Shown here: one piece after another, positions 30,395-40,838 of the stretch
How positions within the stretch are numbered: the first letter of the stretch is position 1
How the letters are laid out: each line of letters opens with the position of its first letter
Source: Prasinococcaceae sp. CCMP 1430
Lineage: Eukaryota; Plantae; Prasinodermophyta
NCBI GenBank assembly: GCA_013416795.1
Contig: RQSC01000028.1
Coordinates: 995,568 to 1,059,567, forward strand
DNA: 64,000 nucleotides
Reading direction: 5' to 3'
The notes under the pieces: model-generated
What the model was told of the DNA's origin: nothing
What the model saw: only the letters and a program-made list of their open reading frames with translations
Databases searched by the model: none
Program-made: the position numbers and the translations under genes

Positions 30395-33096
30395 ATGGTA
30401 TCACGACTCCGCGTTGCGTCGGCCCCGGCCGCCCGCGTCCGCGGCGCGGGTTTTTGCGCGCGTGATCATGGTTTTGATTCCGGAGGAGGAGGAGGAGGCG
30501 GGGGCGGCCGCTCGCCGCGCCTAGGCGAGCGGCGCGGCAGGCCAGCGGCTGCGCGGCCGAACTCGGGCGGAGGGGCGCGGCGCTCGCGCTCGGGGCGGGA
30601 TGCGCCGCCGGTGTACTGCATGGGTCATCGCACGCTGCGCGTGGGTGCCGAACTCTTCCAGCAGAACAGGCGCAGGCTCACGCACATCGCCAGGCGATGT
30701 CACACCGAGGTGCGCGAGTGGCGCTGGCGTGAGCAGGGGCGGCAGGCGCACGCGCCCCGCGCCCCGCGGCAGCCACCTGCCGCCCACGCTCGCGCTCTGG
30801 GGAGCGTCTTCGCGCGAGTATGAAGTGCGCGCACGCATTTCGGTGAGACGCCGACCGAGGAGTGCTGACACCAGCGTCCACGGGCGCTCTGTGGCCGGGC
30901 TCGCACCGGCCGTCGCTGCATGGGCCGCACTCGTGCAAACAAATACGTTGCTCGCCCCGCACTGCGATGCACCGCGCCGGACCGCACCGCGCTATGCCAC
31001 ACGCCCGCACGTAGGCCGAGGCGGGAGGTGCGCTAGTGATGCCTCTGGGCGTGGCGCTCTTGCAGGGAGGGACCTCCTCGATGAGATATGACACTGACGT
31101 GGAGAACATATTCCGCCAGGAGAGTTTCTTCGCCTACCTGTTCGGTGCCCTCGAGCCCGGCCTGATGGGCGCGGTCGACCTGCGCACAGGTATGAGCCTG
31201 CTCTTTCTGCCGAAACAAGACGAGGCGTATGCTGCATGGACCGGCACACAGAGGTCGCGCTCCCACTACAGGCAGCGCTACGGCGTCGACGAGGTGTACT
31301 ATCTGGATGAGATGGTACGTGTTTTCAAGGAGATCCAGGTGCCAACGCTGCACGTGCTAAATGGCGTGAATGGTGACAGCGGGGGACGGGCGCGCCCAGC
31401 CACCTTTGAGGGTATCTCAAACTTCGTCGTTGACGAGGGCCTACTATACGATGCGCTCTGCGAGTGCCGCGTCGTCAAGAGCGAGGCGGAGATCGAGTTG
31501 ATCGCGTACACCAATAAGGTCTGCTGTGCCGCGCATGTGGCCGTCATGCGCGAGATGCGCCCTGGTATGTACGAATACGAGTCTGAGGCGCGCTTTCTCT
31601 TCGAGTGCTACCGCCGCGGGGGCATGCGCTCGACTGCATACACGCCCATAGTCGCCAGCGGCCGCCGCGCCGCGCAGCTGCACTACGGCCACGCGGGCGC
31701 CCCGAACGCGGGGCTCATGCGCGACGGTGAGATGGTGCTCCTCGACCTCGGCTGCGAGTACTGCTGTTACGGCGCGGACATCACCTGCACTTACCCCGTC
31801 AACGGCCGTTTCACAGCTGACCAGCGTGGGCTCTATGAGGCCGTGCTTGGTGCGCAGCGCGCGGTATTGGCGGCCATTCGTCCAGGCGTCAGCATGGAGG
31901 CGATGCACAGGCTCAGTGAGAGGCAGCTGCTGGTGGGGCTCAAAAGTACGCGGGAGGACGCGGGCACAGTGCGCGCGCTCGCGCGCTCGCGCGCGTGCGC
32001 CTACCGTCCCGCGCGCAGTGTGGTCGCACGATCTCGCGCTGACCACCCATCGCATGCATCAAATTCCCACCCCCACCCCGTTTCGGCCCAGACGCAGGCC
32101 TGCTCGTCGGTGAGGTTGACGACATGCTGAGCGTGGGAATTGCGGCCATTTTCATGCCGCACGGAATGGGCCACCTTTTGGGCATCGACACGCACGACGT
32201 TGGCGGGTATATCAAAGACCAAACGCCTGCGCGGCCGCGCCGTGCTGGCGCGTGCTATCTGCGCACGGCGCGCACGCTCCAAACTGGCATGGTACTGACG
32301 GTGGAGCCGGCCGTCTACCTCATTGAGCCGCTGCTCTCCAAGGCATTGCGCAAGCAGTCCATGGCGCGCTTCATTGACCTGAAAGTTCTCGAGAGAATGC
32401 TGCCCATCGGAGGTGTGCGCCTCGAGGATGATGTGGTGGTCACGCGTGATGGCTGCTTCAACCTCACGAACCTGCCGAGGGACGTGGAGGACGTGGAGGC
32501 TGTAATGGCGGGGGCGCAGGTGCGAAGGTGCCGCTGTGGCTGCGTGGCTGCGCTACGAAAGTCGAGGAGGCGCTGTGCACGCGCGTCTGAGTACGCGTCC
32601 CGTGACTGACGCTCACGCCCGGGCGCGCATGCTGTAGTGGCCGCGCGAGGTCATCCGCACGGGTGAAGGCAGCGCGGCAGCGGACAAGGGTGCCGAGCAA
32701 GAGCTCGGGGAGAGCGTGGAGGGCATCCGGCGCGTGCGCTCGTTGACAGATATTGTGATCGTCGAAGAGAAAGAAAAGGAGGCGCGCGTCGTCGAGCAGG
32801 CGCAACAGACGGCAGCACTGGCGCAGAACGATGCCGATGCCACCAGTCCCGCGCCGCCCCCCTCCCCGCCCGTGCAATACTCGCACCCGCCCGCTGAGGC
32901 CTCTCACCCGCCGCCTATTCGGCTGCATGCGCGCGCCGGTGAGCTGGAACGGCCGGGCAGCGAGGAGGTAGAGGTTGCACCGACGGACAGCCCGACCGCC
33001 CAGCTCGCCAAGCGTGTGAGGGAGCTCACCGCGCAGGAGGGTGCCGCCGAGAACGGGCCCGCGCCGGAGGATGAGGCTGATGGCCCCTTCGTGTAA
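30395..33096 (+). CDS. PEPD: Xaa-Pro dipeptidase (prolidase, M24B) with a C-terminal extension; several introns (from 30710, 31946-32097, 32520-32637); start uncertain
   Basis: YCMGHRTLRVGAELFQQNRRRL, FRQESFFAYLFG, LHYGHAGAPN, LDLGCEYCCYGADITCTYP, FMPHGMGHLLGIDTHDVGG, LTVEP, GGVRLEDDV. Confidence 0.92.
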
Positions 33097-33344
33097 GAGC
33101 GAGCTTTGCAGTGCGCGGCGCCATCTCGGTGGGGTGAGACTTACTGATTAAAAAAAACAAAACCGTCGATGTGAGACAGTGCAGATCGCCACCCGAAACC
33201 TGCGAGCATTTTGTCCGCTGCCTGCGATGCGCATGACAACAGGGCCACACACGCGCTCGCCCGCGCCTCAGCCTCCTGCCTTGCCGACGAGGCCACGCCC
33301 CGCGCAGCCGCCCCCGCGACAGGCCTCCCCTCGCCTCTGGGCGC

Positions 33345-33601
33345 ATGCAGCCCCGCGCAGCCGCCCGTGTGGCGCCGCCCGCGCGTGCAGCGCAGGCAGC
33401 ACGCGCCGGACGCTCGCAAGCCAGTGCGCGCCGGACGCGGCGCGCGGCGGCGCGCGCTCTCTTCGGCGGCGGGAAGGAGAAGGAGCTCGCCCTGCGGATC
33501 GAGGTGCTCGAGGCCGAGGCGACGACACGAGAGGAGCGGAATGCGGCGCTTCTCAAAGAGGTGCGATGAGCACGCCCGCGCCGGACCCCCCCCCCCCCCC
33601 C

Positions 33602-33638
<37 letters not shown>

Positions 33639-33917
33639 AGCAAGCGGGCCGCGCGGCGAACGTGCGGTTGCGCGCGGCATGGTGCAATGGCTGACATCGC
33701 TGGCTCCTATGCGCGCGCCCCGCAGGCAGCGGAGCTGCGCGAGCGCTGCGAAAAGGCCGAGGCCGAGAGCAAGCGACGCAAGGAGCGCATCGACCGGCTT
33801 GAGAGGGAGGTCTTCGCCTTAGAAAAGACCGTCGAGGAGAAGGACGCCAAGTTCTCGTCCTTTGAGACCACCGCGCGCAAGCAGATCAAGATGCTCGAGG
33901 GAAGGCTGGCAGAGTGA
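33345..33917 (+). CDS. Small plastid-targeted coiled-coil protein of unknown function; intron 33561-33725
   Basis: Transit-like MQPRAAARV...AAARALFGGGK, then heptad-rich ELALRIEVLEAE...|AAELRERCEKAE...IKMLEGRLAE*. Confidence 0.65.
33586..33637. repeat. C18 immediately followed by G34 homopolymer, inside an intron
   Basis: Seen directly in the sequence. Confidence 0.9.
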
Positions 33918-34072
33918 ACGCCCAGCGCGGGCTCGCGCCACGCTTCGCGGGCGCGCGAGGCTAGCCAGCGGTGTGCGGGATCGAAGTGTACAATACTGTA
34001 TACGGATGAGAAACTGGCAACACACGCGGCGCGAGAGTGGGCAAGGCGCGCACGCCGAAATGCGTCGGCGGG

Positions 34073-35567
34073 TCACGACGAGTCGAGCGTGACGGAGAGC
34101 GCGAGCTCGTCGCTGTCGCGCAGAACGCCTAGCGTGACGGTCTGGCCAGGGTTGAGCTTGTCGAGCGTCTTGTACAGGTCGCCCGCATTCTTGATCGTGT
34201 CGCCGTTGATCTGCACGACGATGTCACCGAGCTGGAGGCGTCCATATCGGTCCCGGCGAGTGGGGCGTACGCCCGCACGGCCTGCGGGTCCCTTGCTGGG
34301 TGCGTCGAGCACGAGCACGCCGTCAACGCCGAGCTGCGCCGCCGCTTGATCGGGGGCGAAGCTGATGCCTAGCACGGGCCGTGTCACCTTGCCGAAGGTG
34401 ATAAGCTGGTCGACGATGCCCGTCACGGTGTCGACCGGCAGCGCGAAGCCAACGCCCGAATTGGCGCCGCTCGGCGAGTAAATAGCCGTGTTGATGCCGA
34501 TGAGCTGCCCACCCGAGTTCAGCAGCGGCCCCCCGCTGTTGCCCGGGTTGATGGCTATTCATAAAGCCACGTGTGGGAGGGGAAGGGGGGCGCGCGCGCG
34601 GGAGCGGCGGGGGGCGCGGCACGCGCGGGAGCGCGCGCGTGGGGGCGGGGTGGGGGGTGGAGTGGGGTGGGGTGGGGTGGGGGTTGAGGGCCACGCGCGG
34701 GGATGCACGCGTGTGTGAGTAAGAGGGGTTGGGCGGTGGGTGGTGGTGGTGTGCGAGGGGCCGGGCGAGGGGGCGGTCAGCACGCACGGAGTTGCTGCCG
34801 ACGCGCGCCCGGCGCTGTGCAGGCTTTGTGCTCCGCGGGCGCGTGCGCGCACACGCACCCGCGTCGGTCTGGATAATGTCCGAGATCGGCCTTCCCGTGT
34901 TGCCGCTCGCGATCTCCCGCCCCGTTCCCGAGATGATGCCCGTGGTGAGCGTGTGATCGAGACCGAACGGGTTGCCGATCGCGAAGACCTTCTGCCCCAC
35001 CTGCAGCATGGACGAGGAGCCGCGCGGCAGCGGCGTGAGCGTGCCGTTGCCGTCGATCTTGAGCACCGCAATGTCCTTATCCTTGTCAAAGCCGATCACT
35101 TGCGCCGGGTAAGTCGACTGGTCGTCCAGAGTCACGCTCACCTCAGACGCCCCTTTGATGACGTGGTAGTTGGTGACGATGTGGCCTGACGCATCCCACA
35201 CGAAGCCACTGCCGGCGCCCTGCGGCACCTCGGTAACATTCATCGTATAGGCATCGCGCCGCTGGGTGAGGTTGGTCACGAAGACGACTGACGGCGTCGA
35301 GCGCTTAAAGAGGGCCACATTCGCAGACTCCTCGGCATTGAGCGGCGCGGCCACTCCCTGCGCCGGGTTGCGTTCGACGAACGCGCAGGCCGGCTGCGGT
35401 GCTGACAGTAGCAGCGCCGCCCCGAGCGCTGCGCCGGAGAGTGCGACCCCCGCGCGGCGCGCGCACTCCGCGAGCGCGCCAAATTTGCCATCATCGCCGT
35501 CGCGCCTCGCCGCGCGACCCTCTCGTCCCGCCCCGCCGCTCGGCGCAGCGCAGCAAGGCGCGCGGCG
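34073..35567 (-). CDS. DEG1: Thylakoid-lumen Deg/HtrA protease DEG1; 5' end lost in the N-gap; intron about 34555-34858
   Basis: PSVVFVTNL...VPQGAGSGFVWD..GHIVTNYHV, AIGNPFGLDHTLTTG, QTDA|AINPGNSGGPLL, a PDZ domain, and a lumen signal ending ACA. Confidence 0.95.
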
Positions 35568-36029
35568 NNNNNNNNNNNNNNNNNNNNNNNNNNNNNNNNN
35601 NNNNNNNNNNNNNNNNNNNNNNNNNNNNNNNNNNNNNNNNNNNNNNNNNNNNNNNNNNNNNNNNNNNNNNNNNNNNNNNNNNNNNNNNNNNNNNNNNNNN
35701 NNNNNNNNNNNNNNNNNNNNNNNNNNNNNNNNNNNNNNNNNNNNNNNNNNNNNNNNNNNNNNNNNNNNNNNNNNNNNNNNNNNNNNNNNNNNNNNNNNNN
35801 NNNNNNNNNNNNNNNNNNNNNNNNNNNNNNNNNNNNNNNNNNNNNNNNNNNNNNNNNNNNNNNNNNNNNNNNNNNNNNNNNNNNNNNNNNNNNNNNNNNN
35901 NNNNNNNNNNNNNNNNNNNNNNNNNNNNNNNNNNNNNNNNNNNNNNNNNNNNNNNNNNNNNNNNNNNNNNNNNNNNNNNNNNNNNNNNNNNNNNNNNNNN
36001 NNNNNNNNNNNNNNNNNNNNNNNNNNNNN
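35568..36029. other. Assembly gap (N run)
   Basis: Run of n. Confidence 1.
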
Positions 36030-36121
36030 GCGCGGCCGCCGGCGGGTGCGCGCCGCGCCCTTCCCGCCGCGACCTTTGCCACCCCGCTCTTCACGGTCCG
36101 CTCGCGCGCACGTGGGCGGTC

Positions 36122-36928
36122 ATGCGCCCGGGTCGCGGCGGCGTAGAGGGTGGCACAGGCGCCCGGGTGCAGGGAAAGGCGGAGGGTTTGGGCGAGAGCG
36201 TTGCGGCGTTCTATGGTGAGCTCACAGACACGGGTGGGCGCCACGCGAGGGAGAAGACTGACGGCAGTGGCGGCAGCAACGGCGGCGGCGATAGAGCGAG
36301 CTGGGCCACAGGCGGGGCGAGCTGGGGTGCGGGCGGCGCGGGCGGTGTAGGTAGCGTTGGCAGGAGTGGGGCGGCGCGTGTGCACGCTGGCGTGGGAGCG
36401 TCGCGCCGAGCACTTGCGACGGCGCCCGAAGCTCGCATGCCTCCCGCTGGCGGCGCTGCGCTTGCTGCGAGCAATCGCGGTTTCAAGATGCTCGCGGCCA
36501 TGGGGTGGCAATCTGGCAAAGGGCTCGGAAAGGCTGAGCAGGGTCCGACGGAGGCGCCAGGCGCGGTGGTCAAGGGCGATCGTGCAGGCCTTGGCGCGAG
36601 CGCCAAGGATGATCGGCTGGTGGGGGACGAGTCCTCCGCCGCGGAGAAGGCGAAGCGCGAGCAGGCGCGCAAGCGCATGCAGCAACGAAATGCCAGGCAG
36701 GCCGACGCCGACGCCGAGCTCGCCGCGACAGGCGGGATCGTCGCCAAGGAAGCACGTCGCCTAGCCGAGAGACGAAGGCAGCGCGAGGAGGCGGTCAGCA
36801 AGGCGCTTTACCGCGAATTCCGTGATGGCGTCAGCGTTGCCGACATGCTCAGCGGAAAGGCCCCACCGCCGCCGCCACCCAGGGCGGGCCCAGCGCGGCC
36901 GAACCCCCTTGCATTTCACGACGTCTGA
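36122..36928 (+). CDS. G-patch domain protein
   Basis: SNRGFKMLAAMGWQSGKGLGKAEQG...KGDRAGLG followed by a charged helix. The start could extend into the gap. Confidence 0.8.
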   Translation: MRPGRGGVEGGTGARVQGKAEGLGESVAAFYGELTDTGGRHAREKTDGSGGSNGGGDRASWATGGASWGAGGAGGVGSVGRSGAARVHAGVGASRRALATAPEARMPPAGGAALAASNRGFKMLAAMGWQSGKGLGKAEQGPTEAPGAVVKGDRAGLGASAKDDRLVGDESSAAEKAKREQARKRMQQRNARQADADAELAATGGIVAKEARRLAERRRQREEAVSKALYREFRDGVSVADMLSGKAPPPPPPRAGPARPNPLAFHDV

Positions 36929-37052
36929 CAGGGGCGCACGGCGTCGGACGGCGCGGCATGGCCGCGCGCATGGCTGGACACCTGAACACATGCACACTGT
37001 ACAGTACATACTGTACCAAAATTAATATTAAGCAGCTGCAGCGGTCTCGCAT

Positions 37053-38138
37053 TCACAGCTCCATGCCGTCGCCGCCGTCGCCAGGAGGCGCTCGCCCGCT
37101 GGGCGGCAGCGCGGCACTGCCAAAGTGCTGCATGCGCTGTGTGAACATCTGCATGCCTCCTCCCGCGTGCTGCTGCTGTTGCTCCCCACCACCGCTCGCG
37201 GGTAGGTTTGCGACCGCTCCCACGCTTCCCTGCGGGCCGAAGATGGAGGGCGGCAGCACAGGCGCCACGTCCTCCCCAGCAGCCTGCTGCTCGGGGAAGG
37301 CGCTGATCGCCTCGCCTTCCAAATCGAACAGCTCGGCTTCATAGTCCTGCAGCGCACTCGCTGCCGCGGGCGCGATGTGCGCCTGCACGTGGCGCTCGCG
37401 CAGGTACGCATACGCTGCAGGCAACCGCCAGCGCTCTCGCCACATGAGGTACGCGACGACCGCCGTGGGGCCCCTGCTGCGCCCGCTCATGCAGTGCACG
37501 AGGATGCGCTGGCCCTGGGCACGAGCGCGCTCGATGGCCTCGTTGAATTCCGCGAATGGCCAGCCCTTGCTGGACGCCGTTGTGTATTCATAGCTATTCT
37601 TGTACAGGTTGTCGCACGTGGGCACCAGGTTGAGTATGTGCGTCACCGACAGGATCTTGAGCAGGTCCGAGCGTGATGCGTGGTCGTACCGCCCAAGGAA
37701 CAAGAAGCCGGGTAGAATTTCCGATGGAAAAGCAGCCGTGCTGTTGCCTCCCATCGCACCCGCACAATCGTGCGCGCCACCGCCTACCGCAGGGGCGTGC
37801 CCGCACACCTGGCACACCTCCCCCTCCTCATATCTGCACGAGTGGTATCAGATCACCGGCAGCCGCGCGCCGGGACGCAGCGCAGGCGCGAGCTGCGTTA
37901 GCTCAGAGCGCACCAGGAGGGGTGGCGCGCGATGCCCTGACCCACAAGTGCTTTCAAGCACCTCTTAGATGACTCAGCTGCACCCAGTCCCTCCCTGTCC
38001 TCGTCCGCGGCGCGAGCGGCGGGCCTACAGTGTGCGCCAGCTGGCGCAATGTGCCTGCCCCCTACGCTGCGACGTGCACACGCACCTGTGGAAGTGCCCG
38101 CAGATGAAGCATGGATTTTCGCGCCCACGCTTTGGCAT
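37053..38138 (-). CDS. IBR5: Dual-specificity phosphatase IBR5-like; exons 38086-38138 and 37053-37833
   Basis: Spliced MPKRGRENPCFICGHFHRYEEGEVCQVCGH...AFPSEILPGFLFLG...HCMSGRSR matches the plant IBR5 N-terminal Cys/His motif and PTP loop. Confidence 0.93.
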
Positions 38139-38426
38139 CGACTCCCCCGCCCCACGCTCCCCCCGGCCCTTGTCCTCCTTTCCAACCGGGGCCAACCCGC
38201 CTTGAAGCCCCTCCCGTAGGCCCTCCTCTCCCTCCCTCGTCCCCCTTCAACACCTCAGGGCAGACCACACACGCCTACACACAGAGCGCCCCGCGCTGCC
38301 GCGCGGCGCGGCGCCCGCGCGGCACCCCGCGCCCTTTTCGCCCTCCACTCCCACCCGATCCTCTGGTTCTCCGCTCTCCTCTCTCACAACTCCCCCCGCC
38401 CCCCTCCCTCGCCCCCGATGCCAGCT

Positions 38427-38729
38427 TCAAGGGCTGCATTGGCCGCCACCACGCTTGCGTTTGGGTTTGGGCGAGGCATTGAACGCGCCTATGTCCATCA
38501 GCGGCAGCGGGCGAACCACGGGCCGCGGCCGGGCGTCGGCGGCAGGGCTGGCGGCAGGCCGCAGCCCCTCGAGATCAGGCAGGGAATCCCAACCACGCCG
38601 CAGGGCGTCCCGCTCTCGCAGCAGGGGCGGCCCGGCACGCAGCAGGGTGGTGGTGCGCGCGTGCGCCAGGCACCGCCGCTCTCCCCCGGCGGCGGCGCGT
38701 GGAACGGCGGCGCGTCCCCGGACAGTCAT
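38427..38729 (-). CDS. Possible 100-aa ORF with an NLS-like tail
   Basis: MTVRG...LRRGWDSLPDLEGL...PLPLMDIGAFNASPKPKRKR; no family recognised. Confidence 0.25.
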   Translation of the reverse strand: MTVRGRAAVPRAAAGGERRCLAHARTTTLLRAGPPLLRERDALRRGWDSLPDLEGLRPAASPAADARPRPVVRPLPLMDIGAFNASPKPKRKRGGGQCSP

Positions 38730-39427
38730 CGCGCGCGACTGCAAATCGCGCGGTACATCACGCGCGGGCGCCCTCGCGCGGCATGCGTCGCGAGGACAAG
38801 ACTCCACGGTTTTGCATCCAAATCTGTGCCTTCCGCACTCTCGAAAACGGCGCCGCGTTCCCCCGAGCGCGCGCGCGCGCGCGCGCGGAATTGCGCGCGC
38901 CTGCGCCTCGCGCCCGCGGCGGTTGGCGCCGGCGCAGCAGATGCGTTTTGATGGCGCCCTCCGAGCGCGAGCGCGGGATGAACCGCGCACGGGGGGCGGG
39001 GCGAGGGGGAAAGAGCGCGTGCGTGTGTGGGGGGGGTGTAAGTGGGGGGTGGAGGAGGCGGTGCGCGCCAGCGGCGCGTGGCGTGCCACAGCACCTTCAC
39101 GGGGCGCGCTCGAAGAGGAGGTATGCGCGCACGCGAGAGAGGGGGAGCGGGCGCCACGGGCCGCCCCAGGGCAAAACGCGTGCGGCGGTAGCGGCAGGTT
39201 TCTCTGCTCCCCCCCTCCCCTTTGGGGGGGGAGGGAGCGAGCTTGTTCCTTGCTTCGCGTACAAGCGAGCCGAGAGCGCGCTCGCTCTGCCCCACTCCCA
39301 ACCCCACCCCGCAGCAGCAGCAGCAGCAGCAGCACTAGCCACGGCGGCCGCGTGCTGTGCTTGGATGCTGACGCCATGCGCACGCCCTTGCAGTGCCCGT
39401 GGCGCCTCGCCCTACACCGCAGCAGCC

Positions 39428-39522
39428 ATGGTCATGAAAAAGATCGACGAGTTTTTCAAGCTGAGCGAGCGCAAGACGTCGTTCAAGACCGAGCTCCTTG
39501 CGGGCACGGCAACGTTCATGAC
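39428..39522 (+). pseudogene. Isolated first exon of an AzgA/NCS2-type purine permease; rest of the permease absent
   Basis: MVMKKIDEFFKLSERKTSFKTELLAGTATFM(T) is the conserved AzgA N-terminus and ends at a GTGCGT donor. No MAYIL..N continuation or TM segments follow. Confidence 0.6.
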
Positions 39523-39899
39523 GTGCGTGTCGCTGGCGAAAAGCGTCGCGCGACTCGTTTTCCCTGTAGCTGCTCGCCCTCCCACTTCGCTCGCGCTGAC
39601 TCTTGCGAGTGCACGCCCCTCCTCCCCCCCCTTCCCCCCTCCCCGCAAGCGCGCGGCCGACCCGCCCACTGCCGCCGCATACGCGGGGTGCGCTCTGACA
39701 CACTAGCACCATCTTCTCGACGCTCGACGCCACCGTCACATCGACATCGACACAACATCGTGTCGTCGCGGCGTGGGCGCGAGCGGAAAAAGGAAAAAGA
39801 CGAAGGCGTCGCCGCTGCTTGCGCGGCCGCCACACTGTGCGCAGCGCGCGGGCGGGGGACTTAGGCTGGTGCGGTGGGCGTCGGAGTGTCGCGAGCGCG

Positions 39900-40777
39900 A
39901 TGGGGGTGGAGGCAGGAGACAGCGTGGCAACGCTCAAGGCCACGGCGCTCGCGGCCGCCGACGCGCGCGCGGCCGCCGAGCGCGAGATTGGCGCGCTCGC
40001 CGGCGCGCTCGCGGCTATGCCCTGCGGCATCGATGGGCCGCTCGTGGACGCAGAGGGTTTCCCACGGGACGACTGCGACGTGCTGCAGGTGGGGCGCGCT
40101 TAGGGCAGCCTGCGCCGGAGCAAGCGAGTGCTGCTGCGCCGCACTTCGACCGCTCTCGCCTGTGCTTGCTAACGCACGCCGCCCGCGCGCCGCCTTGTGC
40201 CTGCCGGCCACCCCTGCAGGCGCGGACGATGAGGCACAGGCTCGCATGCCTACACACCGACCACAAGCAGCTGGAGCGCAACCTCGAGAAGGCCTTGCAC
40301 GCCCTTCACGCGGCAGTGCCGCGATCGACGAGTGCTGCGCCCGCGTCCGCACCAGCGCCGCTCCCGCCGGCAGCGTCCGTGCCAACGGACGGCCCCGTGA
40401 CTGCCACTGCCGCTGCAGATGCAGCAGACGCTGTGGCGTCTACCACAACTGCGGCGGCGGCGATGCAGCTCGACGACCCTTTCGGCGCGGCGATCGCAGT
40501 CGTCGGCGACGTCGCGCCCGGCGGCCCCGCAGACGAGGCGGGCATGAAGCGCGGTGACAGGATCACGCGCTTCGGTGCCATAAGCGGCAGCGGCGGCGGC
40601 GGCCTGGCGGAGCTCGCGTCGGAGGCGCGCCTGAACGAAGGCGGGGCAGTCGGCGTGCGCGTTCTCAGGACGGAGGCGTTCGGGGAGGTCTCGCTGGTGC
40701 TGTCGGTCACGCCCAAGCAGTGGCGCGGTCGGGGGCTGTTGGGCGCGCAAGTTCTGCCGCTCGACAGCGCAGCGTAG
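39900..40777 (+). CDS. PSMD9: 26S proteasome assembly chaperone PSMD9/Nas2 (p27); intron 40089-40219
   Basis: PLVDAEGFPRDDCDVLQ|ARTMRHRLACLHTDHK; PDZ VAPGGPADEAGMKRGDRITRFG; C-terminal TPKQWRGRGLLG. Confidence 0.9.
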
Positions 40778-40838
40778 CCGCGGCAGCTCCGCCCGGCCGA
40801 TGACCAGCTAAATTGTATTTTATATGTGCACAGTGACG

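Noticed and set aside
38726-39307. ATGA overlap between two small minus-strand ORFs
   Set aside because: Neither ORF is recognisable, and such overlaps are expected by chance in GC-rich DNA.
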